NCBI GenBank assembly: GCA_963711835.1
Contig: CAVQFQ010000017.1
Location: 128,001 to 192,000 of the forward strand
Reading direction: 5' to 3'
Length of the DNA stretch: 64,000 nt
Origin: an uncultured delta proteobacterium
Lineage (GTDB): Bacteria; Desulfobacterota; RBG-13-43-22
The notes under the pieces are model-generated. The model saw only the letters and a list, made by a program, of their open reading frames with translations, had not been told where the DNA came from and made no database searches. This document shows, piece after piece, positions 27,871 to 38,497 of the stretch. The translations under genes were made by a program, and so were the position numbers. Each line of letters starts with the position of its first letter. Positions within the stretch are counted from its first letter, which is position 1.

Positions 27871-29115
27871 ATGACACCGGCCATGGCCCTGAAGGGGGTC
27901 TCAAAAAAATTTAAGAAAACCTCGCTGACCCGGGACTATACCAGCCTGAAAACTTTTTTACTGGCCCCTTTTTCCATTAGGAAAAAACCGAAAAACGAAC
28001 CCCTGGTGGTCTTCCAGGGCCTGGACCTGGAAATTCCCAAGGGGATCAGTCTTGGGATCATCGGCCGGAACGGCTCGGGTAAAAGCACCCTGCTGAAATT
28101 GATGGCCGGAATCTATAAGCCGGATTCAGGGACCATTCAGGTGAACGGCCGGGTCTCCTCATTGATTGAATTAGGGGCGGGTTTTCATCCGGAATTCAGC
28201 GGCCGCGAAAATGTCTTCATCAACGGGACGGTCCTCGGATTGAGCCGGAAGGAGATTGAAAAGCGTTTCGACCGGATCGTCCGCTTCGCCGAACTGGAAT
28301 CGTTTATCGACGCCCCGGTGCGGACCTATTCTTCCGGGATGTATGTCCGGTTGGGCTTTTCGGTGGCCGTCAATGTGGACCCCGATATCCTGCTGGTGGA
28401 CGAGGTCCTGGCCGTAGGAGACGAATCCTTTGCCCATAAATGTCTGGATAAAATGCTGGCTTTTAAAAAGGCGGGAAAGACCATCCTGCTGGTTACCCAT
28501 GACCTGCCCACGGTGGAAGGTTTCTGCGACCAGGCCATCTGGTTGGAGGAAGGCTGTATCCAGGCCCAGGGAGATCCCCGGAAGGTTATTGATGCCTATC
28601 GCCAAAAAGTGGCCCTGAGGGAGATGTCCCAATTTCAGCAGGAGGAAGCTCCGCAGCGGTGTCCTTTGCCGGAAGAACGATTGCTTTCCAAGAACCGCTG
28701 GGGAAACGGCGACCTTGAAGTCAGCCGGGTTCGCCTGCTGGACGGCCTTGGCCAGGAAAGGCAGGTTTTTCAGGACGGAGAAGATTTTTTGGTCGAGATT
28801 CATTATCAGGTGAACCGTTCCACCGACGATGTGGTCTTCGGAGTGGGTGTTTTCAACCGGGAAGGGACCTGTTGTTACGGCACCAATACCCTCTTGGATA
28901 AGGTCGCCTTACCGCGGCTGACGGCCAGCGGCCGAATCAGCTTTAAAATCGAGGGGCCTCATCTCATAGAGGGAAGTTATTATCTGGATGTGGCCATCCA
29001 TGCCCGGGACGGACATGCCTATGACTATCAGAGTCGCTGTTATTCTTTTGCCGTCCAGTCGCCTTTCCAGGATAAGGGCGTTTACCGCCTTCCGCACCGC
29101 TGGATTATAGAGTAG
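27871..29115 (+). CDS. wzt: Polysaccharide ABC transporter ATPase with C-terminal carbohydrate-binding domain
   Basis: GRNGSGKST, YSSGMYVRLGF, LLVDEVLAVGD; C-terminal RWGNG...GSYYLDVAI extension. Confidence 0.92.
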   Translation: MTPAMALKGVSKKFKKTSLTRDYTSLKTFLLAPFSIRKKPKNEPLVVFQGLDLEIPKGISLGIIGRNGSGKSTLLKLMAGIYKPDSGTIQVNGRVSSLIELGAGFHPEFSGRENVFINGTVLGLSRKEIEKRFDRIVRFAELESFIDAPVRTYSSGMYVRLGFSVAVNVDPDILLVDEVLAVGDESFAHKCLDKMLAFKKAGKTILLVTHDLPTVEGFCDQAIWLEEGCIQAQGDPRKVIDAYRQKVALREMSQFQQEEAPQRCPLPEERLLSKNRWGNGDLEVSRVRLLDGLGQERQVFQDGEDFLVEIHYQVNRSTDDVVFGVGVFNREGTCCYGTNTLLDKVALPRLTASGRISFKIEGPHLIEGSYYLDVAIHARDGHAYDYQSRCYSFAVQSPFQDKGVYRLPHRWIIE

Positions 29116-29200
29116 AAGGCCAAGGACCGTTAAGGCTAAAAAGAAAACAAGCCCTCTTTATTAACCTCATGCTGATTTATTGATTGGAAAGCAGGATCGT

Positions 29201-30478
29201 ATGGAACCAGAGGATAAAGCCGCCTCAGGAGTCGATGTAAATCGGATCATGGACCGCCTGCGGTCGCAGATTCAGGAGAAGATGACCACCGGCCAGTATC
29301 AGCCGGAGGACCTGGAACGGGTGGAGCGGATGACCCTCCAGGTGGAATCCTCCGAATCCTTCGACCAGGAGGGGGATATCCTTTATCAGTTGTCTCAGAT
29401 GAATTACCTGTGCGACACCGGGCGGCCTCCGGAACTCTCCTCCCATCGAAAAACGATCGGCCCTGTGGTGCTGGCGATAAAAAAAGCGGTCCGCACCTTG
29501 TCCGACCCCTATGTTCAGATGATCCTGAAACGCCAGGTGACTTTTAATGTGGAACTGGTTCGTTTGTTGAATCAGATGGTCTTGGATTATCGCTATCGTC
29601 TCTCTAACCAGGAAAGGCAGATCGGGCGGTTGGAAAAACTGGCGGAGCACATGAGCCGGACCCTGGAGGAGTTACCCCAGGAACTGCGGGTCCAAAAAAA
29701 TGTCTTTGAGGAGGTCTTATCTGAACTTAAGGCCATGAAAGACGGTTCCTTTAAGGACAGCGCCTCGTTGGAGGAACTCAAATCCCAGGTTCGTGATCCG
29801 GAATATGTACGTTTCGAGCAGGCGCATCGGGGGGATGAAGAAGAGATCAAATGGAAGCAAAAGCAGTACCTGCCCTACTTCAAAGAGAAAGGAAAGGTCC
29901 TGGATCTGGGCTGCGGCCGCGGGGAATTCCTGGAACTGTTGAAAGAAGCCGGGGTGCCGGCCGCGGGCGTGGAGCTCAATCGGGATATGGTCGCTCATTG
30001 TCTTCGGAAAGGCCTGGATGTGGTCCAGGGCGATGGGCTGGTTTTTTTGAGAGAGTTGGCGGATAACAGCCTGGGAGGCATTTTCCTGGCTCAGGTCATT
30101 GAACATTTGGATCCGGAAACCCTGCGGGATTTGGTCAGGCTGAGTTTCGCCAAACTGACTCCCGGCGGGGTCTTGCTGGCCGAAACGATCAACCCCCAAT
30201 GTTTAACCACCTTTAGCGGCGCTTTTTATCTGGATCTTTCCCACCGGAATCCGATCCATCCCGAAGCGGCCCGCTTCCTCTGGGAAGCCCTGGGTTTCCG
30301 ACAGGTGGCCGTCCTTTATGTCTCTCCCTATCCCGAGGAAATGAAATTAAAAGAGATGATCCGGCGGGAGGATGACTCCTATGAAGACGAACTGGCCCGG
30401 GTCTTGAACGAAGACGTCCGGCGGCTGAATGCCCTGATGTACGGCTACCAGGATTATGCCGTGCTCGGGTATAAATAA
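29201..30478 (+). CDS. Class I SAM methyltransferase with N-terminal coiled coil
   Basis: FEQAHRG, VLDLGCGRGEFL, QVIEHL, ETINP, GYQDYAV. Confidence 0.88.
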   Translation: MEPEDKAASGVDVNRIMDRLRSQIQEKMTTGQYQPEDLERVERMTLQVESSESFDQEGDILYQLSQMNYLCDTGRPPELSSHRKTIGPVVLAIKKAVRTLSDPYVQMILKRQVTFNVELVRLLNQMVLDYRYRLSNQERQIGRLEKLAEHMSRTLEELPQELRVQKNVFEEVLSELKAMKDGSFKDSASLEELKSQVRDPEYVRFEQAHRGDEEEIKWKQKQYLPYFKEKGKVLDLGCGRGEFLELLKEAGVPAAGVELNRDMVAHCLRKGLDVVQGDGLVFLRELADNSLGGIFLAQVIEHLDPETLRDLVRLSFAKLTPGGVLLAETINPQCLTTFSGAFYLDLSHRNPIHPEAARFLWEALGFRQVAVLYVSPYPEEMKLKEMIRREDDSYEDELARVLNEDVRRLNALMYGYQDYAVLGYK

Positions 30479-30480
30479 TT

Positions 30481-30566
30481 ACGAATATCGAATAAGGAAG
30501 TTAGAATCATGAAGTCATGAAGTTTATAACCTCTTCACACTTCGCTATTCGGTGTTCGATATTCGA
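30481..30566. repeat. Heptad-periodic palindromic intergenic repeat
   Basis: cgaatatcgaata...tattcggtgttcgatattcg arms. Confidence 0.6.
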
Positions 30567-30602
30567 CAGGTTACTTTGTATAAAAAGATCGTTGGATAAA
30601 AA

Positions 30603-32918
30603 ATGAAAGTCGTCTTTGTCTGTCCCTGGTACGGTCCCGACATCCCGGGAGGGGCTGAAGCGGAAGCCCGCCGGACCGCGGAAAATCTCCGGCAGCGGGG
30701 GGAAGCGGTGGAGGTCTGGACGACCTGCCTCAAGGACTTTGAAGGGGATTGGGCCTTTAATTATTACCCGGCCGGAGACGACCAGGTCAACGGCGTTCCG
30801 GTTAAACGGTTTCCGGTTGGCCCGAGAAACGGGGAACTCTTCGCTACCCTTAACCGGCAGGTTTTATCCGGGGCCCGGCTTTCCCGGGAAGAAGAAAAGC
30901 TGTTCTTTGAGCACATGATCCAGAGCCCGGCCTTGATTCACCAGATTCAGCATCAGGGCCATAACCGTCTTTTCTTCTTTATCCCCTATCTGTTCAGTAC
31001 CACCTTTTTCGGGGCCGGCATCCATCCCGACCGTTCCTTTATTATCCCCTGCCTGCATGATGAAGGCTATGCCCGGCTGACCGGTTTGGGGGAGGTTTTT
31101 CACCGGGTGCGGGGTCTGATATTTCATACCCGGGTGGAGATGGCCTTAGGCCAGGAACTCTTTTCCCTGGCCAGGAACCAGACCCATCTTTTCGGCGAGG
31201 GGATTGATACCGACCTGGACTATGATCCGGAAAGGTTCCGTTCCAAGCATCAACTTAAAGACCCCTTTGTCCTTTATGCCGGCCGTCGGGATGGGGGGAA
31301 AAACACCCCCTTGCTGATGCAGTACTTCGCTTGGTTCAAGCAAAGACATCCTTCGGATCTAAAACTGGTCTTAATCGGAAACCTGCCGGTCCGGATCCCC
31401 CCGGGATGCCCGGATATCCTGGACTACGGCTTTGTACCCAAACAGGATAAATATGATGCCTACGGGGCGGCCGCCCTATTCTGCCAGCCTTCGGTACTGG
31501 AAAGCTTTTCCATTGTTATCATGGAATCCTGGCTTTGCGGCCGGCCCATCCTGGTCAATGCTCAATGTCCGGTAACCGTGGAGCATTGCCGGGAGAGCCA
31601 GGGAGGATTGTATTTCGGGAATTATCCGGAGTTTGAGGAAGCCCTTCTCGAACTGCTCCATAACCGGACCCTGGCCCAAACCCTAGCCCGAAACGGAAAG
31701 GCCTATGTCCTCTCCCGTTTCCATTGGGATCAAATCAGCCGGAAATATAGGGATCTGATCCAACAGGCCCGGGAAGCGCTGGAAGGAACTTCAGGACCGA
31801 AAGAAGAGGAAAAGCCCGTGAAACCCATTCCCAAAACTTCAAAGAAAGCCCTGCACCAGATGCTGCCTGATTTTAGCTACGGGGATGCCATCGGGAATGA
31901 TGTCTTGAATATTCAAAAGGTGCTTCGGGGCTGGGGCCATCCTTCGGACATTTACGCTCATCATGTCCATGCCAAGCTGGCCGGGACCGCCCGTCCTTAT
32001 GGGGAATATCTGAAGGCCGGCGGACCTGATCAGGCCTTGCTCTTCCATTTTTCCATCGGCTCCGAGCTGTCTGAATTCGTCAAAAGGCTCCCGGACCGGA
32101 AGATCCTCATCTACCACAACATCACCCCGCCTCATTTTTTTAAGGGATTCAATGCCGAGGTGGAAAGAAGATGCGCCTGGGGCTATGAGGAATTGAAGAA
32201 AATGGCCCCTCATTTCGAACTGGCCTTAGGGGTTTCCGATTTTAACCGCCGGGAACTGGAAGGGCTGGGCTTTCGAAAGACCGGCGTCCTGCCCATTTTA
32301 TTGGATTTCAACCAGTATTATCTTTCCCCGGAAGAAGGTCTAAAGCAGAGACTCCAGGACGGGACCATCAATATCCTGCACGTGGGCCGCCTCGTCCCCC
32401 AGAAAAAGATTGAAGACCTGATCAGGGTTTTTTATCTCTTTCAAAAAAGACATCATCCTCGGAGCCGCCTGCTGCTGGTAGGCACGGACAGCGGTTTAAA
32501 AAATTACAGTTCGGCCCTCAAGAGGATGGTCCGGGAGTTGGGACTGACTGAAAAGGTCCATTTCGAAGGGTTCGCCACCTTCCGGGGCTTGATCACCTAT
32601 TATGCCAACGCCCATCTTTATCTTTGCCTGAGCGAACACGAAGGCTTTTGCGTGCCTCTGCTGGAAAGCATGTTTTTCGGGCTGCCCATTATCGCCTACC
32701 TGACCGGCGGGGTCCCGGAAACCCTGGGAGGAAGCGGGATAGGGATCAGCGAAAAAAAATGGGATGAGATTGCCGAGGGGATGGCTTTAATCATAGAGGA
32801 TCGGGGATTGCGGGAAAAAATCATCGTTGCCCAGAAGGAACAGCTTAAGCGCTTTTCCTGGGATAAGACCGCCGCCCGTTTAAAAACCCTGCTGCACCCT
32901 TTTCTGGAGGGGTCATGA
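30603..32918 (+). CDS. Two-domain GT4 glycosyltransferase
   Basis: PGGAE, YAGRRDGGKN, ESFSIVIMES; second domain HVGRLVPQKK, SEHEGFCVPLLES. Confidence 0.92.
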   Translation: MKVVFVCPWYGPDIPGGAEAEARRTAENLRQRGEAVEVWTTCLKDFEGDWAFNYYPAGDDQVNGVPVKRFPVGPRNGELFATLNRQVLSGARLSREEEKLFFEHMIQSPALIHQIQHQGHNRLFFFIPYLFSTTFFGAGIHPDRSFIIPCLHDEGYARLTGLGEVFHRVRGLIFHTRVEMALGQELFSLARNQTHLFGEGIDTDLDYDPERFRSKHQLKDPFVLYAGRRDGGKNTPLLMQYFAWFKQRHPSDLKLVLIGNLPVRIPPGCPDILDYGFVPKQDKYDAYGAAALFCQPSVLESFSIVIMESWLCGRPILVNAQCPVTVEHCRESQGGLYFGNYPEFEEALLELLHNRTLAQTLARNGKAYVLSRFHWDQISRKYRDLIQQAREALEGTSGPKEEEKPVKPIPKTSKKALHQMLPDFSYGDAIGNDVLNIQKVLRGWGHPSDIYAHHVHAKLAGTARPYGEYLKAGGPDQALLFHFSIGSELSEFVKRLPDRKILIYHNITPPHFFKGFNAEVERRCAWGYEELKKMAPHFELALGVSDFNRRELEGLGFRKTGVLPILLDFNQYYLSPEEGLKQRLQDGTINILHVGRLVPQKKIEDLIRVFYLFQKRHHPRSRLLLVGTDSGLKNYSSALKRMVRELGLTEKVHFEGFATFRGLITYYANAHLYLCLSEHEGFCVPLLESMFFGLPIIAYLTGGVPETLGGSGIGISEKKWDEIAEGMALIIEDRGLREKIIVAQKEQLKRFSWDKTAARLKTLLHPFLEGS

Positions 32919-33382
32919 ATTCCAATAAGGGTCTGAATGAAAAGCTTAAGGTCTCTTATATCAAGACCAGCCTGACCACCTCGGGCCATACGGGCAATCA
33001 ATTTATCCGCTTTGCCCTGGTCGGCAGCAGCGGCGTCCTGGTAAACCTGGCCATTTATACCGGGGCCATCTACCTGCTCGATATTTATTATCTTCTGGCC
33101 GCCAGCCTGTCCTTCATCATTGCCATGACCAACAATTTCGTCTTAAACCTTCGCTGGACCTTCAAGACTCATAACCAGGGCCTGAGATCCATCGGCCGTC
33201 AATACCTGCGCTATTTTCTGGTTACCCTGAACAGCTATGTCATCAATATCGTCATCCTCTGGATCCTGGTGGATTACTGGTACTGGCACAAGGTCCTTTC
33301 CCAGTTGATCGCCATTTTGATCACCACCTTGACCAATTTTTTGGGCAGCAAACTCTGGGCCTTTAAGTCCAAGGCCTCTTAA
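32915..33382 (+). CDS. GtrA family flippase-like protein
   Basis: QFIRFALVG..G.LVNL, NNFVLN.RWTF, NFLGSKLWAF. Confidence 0.88.
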   Translation: MNSNKGLNEKLKVSYIKTSLTTSGHTGNQFIRFALVGSSGVLVNLAIYTGAIYLLDIYYLLAASLSFIIAMTNNFVLNLRWTFKTHNQGLRSIGRQYLRYFLVTLNSYVINIVILWILVDYWYWHKVLSQLIAILITTLTNFLGSKLWAFKSKAS

Positions 33383-33400
33383 GGAGAGACCGACCGTACT

Positions 33401-34765
33401 ATGAAGCCCGAAAAAACCATTTACTTCTGCCAGTCTTGCGGGGCGCAGAGCCCCAAGTGGCAGGGGCGCTGCCCGGATTGCGGCACCTGGAACAGTTTTA
33501 TCGAAGAGAAGGTCTTCCCCGAAGCCAGGTCCCATCGCTGGGAAGAGGGGTTTTCCCAGATGGAACCCCCTCAACCCCTGAATGAGGTCACTACCGCCCG
33601 GGAACAGCGCAGCCTGATCGGCATTGATGAACTGGACCGGGTTCTGGGCGGCGGGGTGGTGCCGGCCTCGGCTGTTCTCGTCGGCGGGGATCCGGGGATC
33701 GGCAAATCAACCCTGGTCCTTCAGGCCCTGGATCGCCTGGGCCAGGGGGAGGGTCAGGCCCTGTACGTCTCCGGAGAAGAATCGAGCTATCAGATCAAGA
33801 TGCGGGCCGAAAGGCTGGGGATCGGCCAAAGCCGGATCCTCATTTTAGCCGAAACCTCTCTGGAAAGAATTTTAGCCGTCCTGAAAGAAGGCCGGCCCCA
33901 GTTCGTGGCCATTGATTCCATTCAGACCATTTTTTCCGGTGATATCTCCTCGGCCCCGGGAAGTGTCTCCCAGGTCCGGGAAGCCGCGGCCCGCTTAATG
34001 GTCTGGGCCAAGAAAAGCGGTTCCTCTTTGTTCCTGATCGGTCATGTGACCAAGGAGGGAATCATCGCCGGTCCGCGGGTCCTGGAGCACATGGTGGATA
34101 CGGTCCTTTATTTTGAAGGGGAAAGGGGCCATGCCTTCCGGATCCTCCGGGCCGTCAAGAACCGCTTCGGGTCCACCAACGAAATCGGGGTCTTCGAAAT
34201 GAAGGACAGCGGGCTGGAAGAGGTGAAGGATCCTTCCCAGCTTTTCCTGGCCGAGCGGCCTTTGAACGTGGCCGGTTCGGTCGTGGTTCCCAGTTTGGAA
34301 GGCTCCCGGCCCATCCTGGTGGAGCTTCAGGCCCTGGTCAGCCAGACCACTTTCGGGGTCCCCAGGCGAACCGCCATGGGCGTGGACACCAACCGGGTTT
34401 CCCTGCTGGTGGCCGTGCTCGAAAAAAAGGTGGGCTTGAATCTGTTGACCCAGGACATCTTCCTGAATGTAGCCGGAGGGATCCATATCGAGGAGCCGGC
34501 CGTGGATTTGGGCATCGTGGCCTGCCTGGCCGGCAGTTTCCTGGACCGCCCTATCCCGCCGACAACGGTCTTATTCGGCGAGGTAGGCCTGACCGGAGAA
34601 GTACGGGGGGTCAGTCAGGCCTTGTTGCGGGTTAAAGAGGCCCAGAAGTTAGGCTTTACCCGCTGCCTCCTGCCGCGCAACAATCTGGAACAGCTTTCCG
34701 GATTCTCGGCCATGGAATTGATCGGCATCAAGACCCTCCAGGAGGGCCTGGGGATCCTTTTCTGA
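33401..34765 (+). CDS. radA: DNA repair protein RadA/Sms
   Basis: CQSCG...W.GRCPDC, GDPGIGKSTL, IDSIQT, KNRFG. Confidence 0.97.
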   Translation: MKPEKTIYFCQSCGAQSPKWQGRCPDCGTWNSFIEEKVFPEARSHRWEEGFSQMEPPQPLNEVTTAREQRSLIGIDELDRVLGGGVVPASAVLVGGDPGIGKSTLVLQALDRLGQGEGQALYVSGEESSYQIKMRAERLGIGQSRILILAETSLERILAVLKEGRPQFVAIDSIQTIFSGDISSAPGSVSQVREAAARLMVWAKKSGSSLFLIGHVTKEGIIAGPRVLEHMVDTVLYFEGERGHAFRILRAVKNRFGSTNEIGVFEMKDSGLEEVKDPSQLFLAERPLNVAGSVVVPSLEGSRPILVELQALVSQTTFGVPRRTAMGVDTNRVSLLVAVLEKKVGLNLLTQDIFLNVAGGIHIEEPAVDLGIVACLAGSFLDRPIPPTTVLFGEVGLTGEVRGVSQALLRVKEAQKLGFTRCLLPRNNLEQLSGFSAMELIGIKTLQEGLGILF

Positions 34766-34867
34766 GACTGGGATGGTCAAGTCTGGTTGAGGGCTGAGGG
34801 GCGCCCGCTTTTGGCGGGCTTGAGGCTTGAGGAAAAAATGCCTCCGACCTCTGGCCTCCGGCGGCCT

Positions 34868-36289
34868 TTACGGTGCCAGGAGAAAGGCCTTGAACCCTTT
34901 ATAGGTCATATACAGGTCGGCCTTGCTGACCAGCTCAAAGGGGGAGTGCATGGAAAGGACCGGCGTGCCGCAATCTATGATTTCCAGCCCCAGGGCAGCC
35001 AGAAATTTGGCGATGGTTCCTCCCCCGCCCTCATCAACCTTGCCCAATTCACCGGTCTGCCAGACCACGCCCTTCTGATTCAAAACATTTCGAATCCAAT
35101 AGACATATTCGGCATGGGCATCGCTCGAACCGTATTTGCCGCCCGATCCGGTGAACTTGGTCAGGCACAGGCCGTAGCCCATTCTGGGGGCGTTCCGCTT
35201 CTCATGGACTTCCTGATAATCCGGGTCCAGGGCCCCGGCCACATCGGCTGATAAGGCCTTGGTAGCGCTCAGGGTTTCATAGAGGACCTCCTGGGAAAAA
35301 GCTTCGCCTTTCAAGGCAAAGAGGCGGGACAAAAAGGCTTCCAGGATCTGGGTCCGGGCGCTGGTGTTGCCTTCGCTGCCGATTTCCTCCTTGTCGAAAA
35401 ATACTAACAGGATGGTTCGTTCAGGATCCTCGGTTTCCAGGGCGGCCTGCAGGCCGGCATAGGCGCAGACCCGGTCATCCTGGCCGTAGGCGCCTATGAT
35501 ACTCCGGTCAAAGCCTATGTCCCGGGCCGGTTCGGACGGGACCAGCTCCAGTTCGGCGCTGATCAGATCTTCCTCCAGCAGGCCGTATTGGGTATGAAGG
35601 TGGTCGAGGACAGCCAGTTTAAAACGCTCTTTGGTCTCTTCCGGACCCAGGGGCAGGCTGCCGATCAGGATATTTAATTTTTCGCCTTCAATGGCCTCGG
35701 AGAGCTTTTTTTCCATCTGGACTTTTCGGGCCAAATGAGGCAGGAGGTCGGCTACTGAAAAGACCGGATCTTTCGGGTTCTCCCCAACGGCCAGATTAAT
35801 TTTTTTTCCGTCGGCCGTCAAAACGGTCCCATGAAGGGCCAGAGGCCGGGCCAGCCACTGGTATTTTTTGATCCCGCCGTAATAATGGGTCTTGAAAAAA
35901 GCCAGATCCACCTCCTCATAAAGCGGATTTTGTTTCAGGTCCAGCCGGGGGGCATCGATGTGGGAGGCAATGATCCGGATTCCCGATTTTAACGGTTCTT
36001 TGCCGACAATAGCCAGGACCAGGACTTTTTCTTTAAATACCTGGTAAACCTTCCGGCGCTTTCGGCCCTGCTCCAGGGGGGCAAAACCGGCCTGTTTTAT
36101 TCTCCGGGTAATTTCAATAATGGTTTCCCTTTCGGTTTTGGAGGCATTGAGAAAGGCCTTGTAATCTTCGGCCAGCTCCCAGAGCCGTTTTGATTCGTTG
36201 GCCTCCAGGGCATCCCAGACCAGCCGTTTCTTAAAGGTTAATTTTTTCCCTAACGTCTCGGCCTCTTTTTTAGACCACTTGGTTTTCAT
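34868..36289 (-). CDS. M18 family aminopeptidase
   Basis: SHIDAPRLDLK, HYYGGIKKYQW, GQDDRVC, DKEEIGS, SADV, SMHSPFE. Confidence 0.93.
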   Translation of the reverse strand: MKTKWSKKEAETLGKKLTFKKRLVWDALEANESKRLWELAEDYKAFLNASKTERETIIEITRRIKQAGFAPLEQGRKRRKVYQVFKEKVLVLAIVGKEPLKSGIRIIASHIDAPRLDLKQNPLYEEVDLAFFKTHYYGGIKKYQWLARPLALHGTVLTADGKKINLAVGENPKDPVFSVADLLPHLARKVQMEKKLSEAIEGEKLNILIGSLPLGPEETKERFKLAVLDHLHTQYGLLEEDLISAELELVPSEPARDIGFDRSIIGAYGQDDRVCAYAGLQAALETEDPERTILLVFFDKEEIGSEGNTSARTQILEAFLSRLFALKGEAFSQEVLYETLSATKALSADVAGALDPDYQEVHEKRNAPRMGYGLCLTKFTGSGGKYGSSDAHAEYVYWIRNVLNQKGVVWQTGELGKVDEGGGGTIAKFLAALGLEIIDCGTPVLSMHSPFELVSKADLYMTYKGFKAFLLAP

Positions 36290-36692
36290 TTATTTCCTCC
36301 GGTTATCTGAATGTCAAAACAAAGCCTGCGGATCAGTCATTTTATGCCCATGAAGCTATTTTTAATACATAATTCTTGCTCTGGCAAGATCCTTTCCCGA
36401 GAACCCGGGTGCGGCTTCTTGCACTTGGCCGGGAAGGCTATCCTTTATGGTTAGGGGGGAAACGATACTTCCCACAATAGTCCAGGTAGTAGCGCAGTCA
36501 TTTTTTATACACCCCATGGCAAACTATTTGGAGTTGCCTTATTTCGCAAATATTCTTCAAATTGGGTCTGTAACGCAGAGGGGATGGCCAGCATGAAGAA
36601 AGGGGATAAGTTGGACCAGGTCACGACCCCAAACGGACTTGACACGTTATTTCCTGTTGGCTATACTTCGGATATCCACGGGAGGTGTCAAC

Positions 36693-36940
36693 ATGGTGAC
36701 GAAAATTCAAAAGTGGGGAAACAGCCAAGGGTTACGGCTCGCCAAGCAGGTGCTTGAAGACGCGCACATTTCGGTGGGTGACGACGTCGACGTTACCACA
36801 CGAGACGGCCTGATTGTCATTGCACCGGCAAGACGCATTCGCGGTAAGCGGAGCCTGCAAGAACTGGTGTCACGCATACCCAAGGGCTACAAACCGAAGA
36901 AATGGATTGGGGTGAGCCAGTGGGCAGAGAGGTCTGGTAA
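36693..36940 (+). CDS. mazE: AbrB/MazE antitoxin; frameshift near 36892
   Basis: KIQKWGNSQGLRL; shifted frame ends EEMDWGEPVGREVW*. Confidence 0.9.
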
Positions 36941-37277
36941 ATGAAAGCGTACATTCCGAAAAAGGGGGACTTCATCGCCGTTACCTTCGACCCCCAGTCC
37001 GGTCATGAGCAAAAAGGGACGCCGTCCTGCCCTCGTCGTAAGCAACACCCTGTTCAACGACCAAACCGGTCTTGCCATGGTCTGTCCTCTGACTACCACT
37101 GATCGAGGTTATCCTTTTCATGTGGCGGTCACCGACAACCCGGACGTGAAGGGATTCGTGATGGTCGAGCAGGTCAAGTCCATTGATTACCGTGCGCGTC
37201 AGGCCAAGCCCATCGGAAAGGCTTCGGACGATCTGCTTGACGAAGTCTTGTCGATACTTGATGCCTGTATCTATTGA
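36941..37277 (+). CDS. mazF: PemK/MazF toxin; frameshift in the A-run near 37012
   Basis: MKAYIPKKGD...FDPQSGHEQ(K)GRRPALVVSN, VCPLTT, EQVKSID. Confidence 0.9.
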
Positions 37278-37396
37278 AAGCTGTAAAATTGGGGAAAGAG
37301 GACGCTGGTAAATAACTAAAATAATTCTGCCGCACAGTTAGACAAGGCAGCCGGGTTTGGCTGGGCACCCTCCGGCAGGCACCCGGCAGGCACCGT

Positions 37397-38497
37397 AAAG
37401 CGGGACGCTCTTTAATAATTTAATTGACATTGTAGCCTGATGATATTAATAAAGAAATATGCCTAGAACAGCACGACTTGATGCTCCCGGCGTTCTGCAC
37501 CATGTCATAATTCGGGGAATAGAACGCAGGAGGATATTCCGTAACGATAAAGATCGTGAGGATTTTATTGAACGGCTTGAGACTCAATGTACTGAAGCGC
37601 AGACAACCTGTTATGCGTGGGCGTTCATGTCTAATCACGCCCATTTTCTTTTTCGTACTGGAACGGCGCCATTGTCCAAACTCATGAGCCGTCTGCTTAC
37701 GGGGTATGTTATCGGTTTTAACCGCCGACACAAACGCCGTGGTCAATTATTTCAGAACCGGTACAAATCTATAATCTGTCAGGAAGATGCGTACCTTAAA
37801 GAATTGGTCCGGTATATTCATTTGAATCCTATTCGTGCGGGAATAATTACTGGTTTGGAGGAATTAAAAAGCTATGACTATTGCGGTCATAGTGCTCTAA
37901 TCGGCACAAAGAAAAGGGAATGGCAAGACACGGATTATGTGCTCGCCTATTTCGGGAAAAGGAAAACTCAAGCGCGGAAAGATTATGAATCATACGTTAA
38001 TGAAGGACATCAACAAGGTCGAAGGAGAGAATTAACCGGAGGGGGACTGATCCGGAGTCTTGGCGGCTGGACCGAGGTAAAAAGAGAACGTTTGAAGGGG
38101 CGGGATCATGTTATGAGCGACGAACGAATCTTGGGTGATTCGGATTTTGTCGACTTAATCATCTCACAATCCGAGGAACAATTCGAACGGAGACATAAAC
38201 TAAAACGGCAAGGGTTTGATCTGGATCGTATTGCTGAGAGAGTGGCTGAAGTCTTAAACATGGACAGGGATGAAGTCTTATCAAAGGGGCGGCAGAACAG
38301 AAAAGTAAAAGCAAGAAGTATTCTGTGTTTTTGGGCTGCAAGGGAATTAGGCATGTCCCTTACAGCGCTAGCCAGGATTTTAGGAATGAGTATTGCTGGA
38401 GTGGGGTTTGCCGTGGAAAGGGGAGAGCTCATAGCCAAAAATGGCAATTTTAATCTGATAAACTGACTTATTAAGTTACTAAAGAGCGTCCCGCTTT
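37397..38497 (+). mobile_element. Inverted-repeat-bounded unit carrying a RAYT-like transposase
   Basis: aaagcgggacgctctttaataatttaat (37397-37424) vs the reverse complement of 38470-38497, 26/28; lower GC than flanks. Confidence 0.75.
37459..38466 (+). CDS. HUH Y1 transposase (REP-associated tyrosine transposase-like) with C-terminal HTH
   Basis: MPRTARLDAPG.LHHVIIRG, AWAFMSNHAHFL (HUH), GQLFQNRYKS, LVRYIHLNP (catalytic Tyr). Confidence 0.9.
   Translation: MPRTARLDAPGVLHHVIIRGIERRRIFRNDKDREDFIERLETQCTEAQTTCYAWAFMSNHAHFLFRTGTAPLSKLMSRLLTGYVIGFNRRHKRRGQLFQNRYKSIICQEDAYLKELVRYIHLNPIRAGIITGLEELKSYDYCGHSALIGTKKREWQDTDYVLAYFGKRKTQARKDYESYVNEGHQQGRRRELTGGGLIRSLGGWTEVKRERLKGRDHVMSDERILGDSDFVDLIISQSEEQFERRHKLKRQGFDLDRIAERVAEVLNMDRDEVLSKGRQNRKVKARSILCFWAARELGMSLTALARILGMSIAGVGFAVERGELIAKNGNFNLIN

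Noticed and set aside
36885-37016. Programmed ribosomal frameshifting in mazEF
   Set aside because: The indels lie in short A-runs like the other probable assembly errors, with no stimulatory structure.
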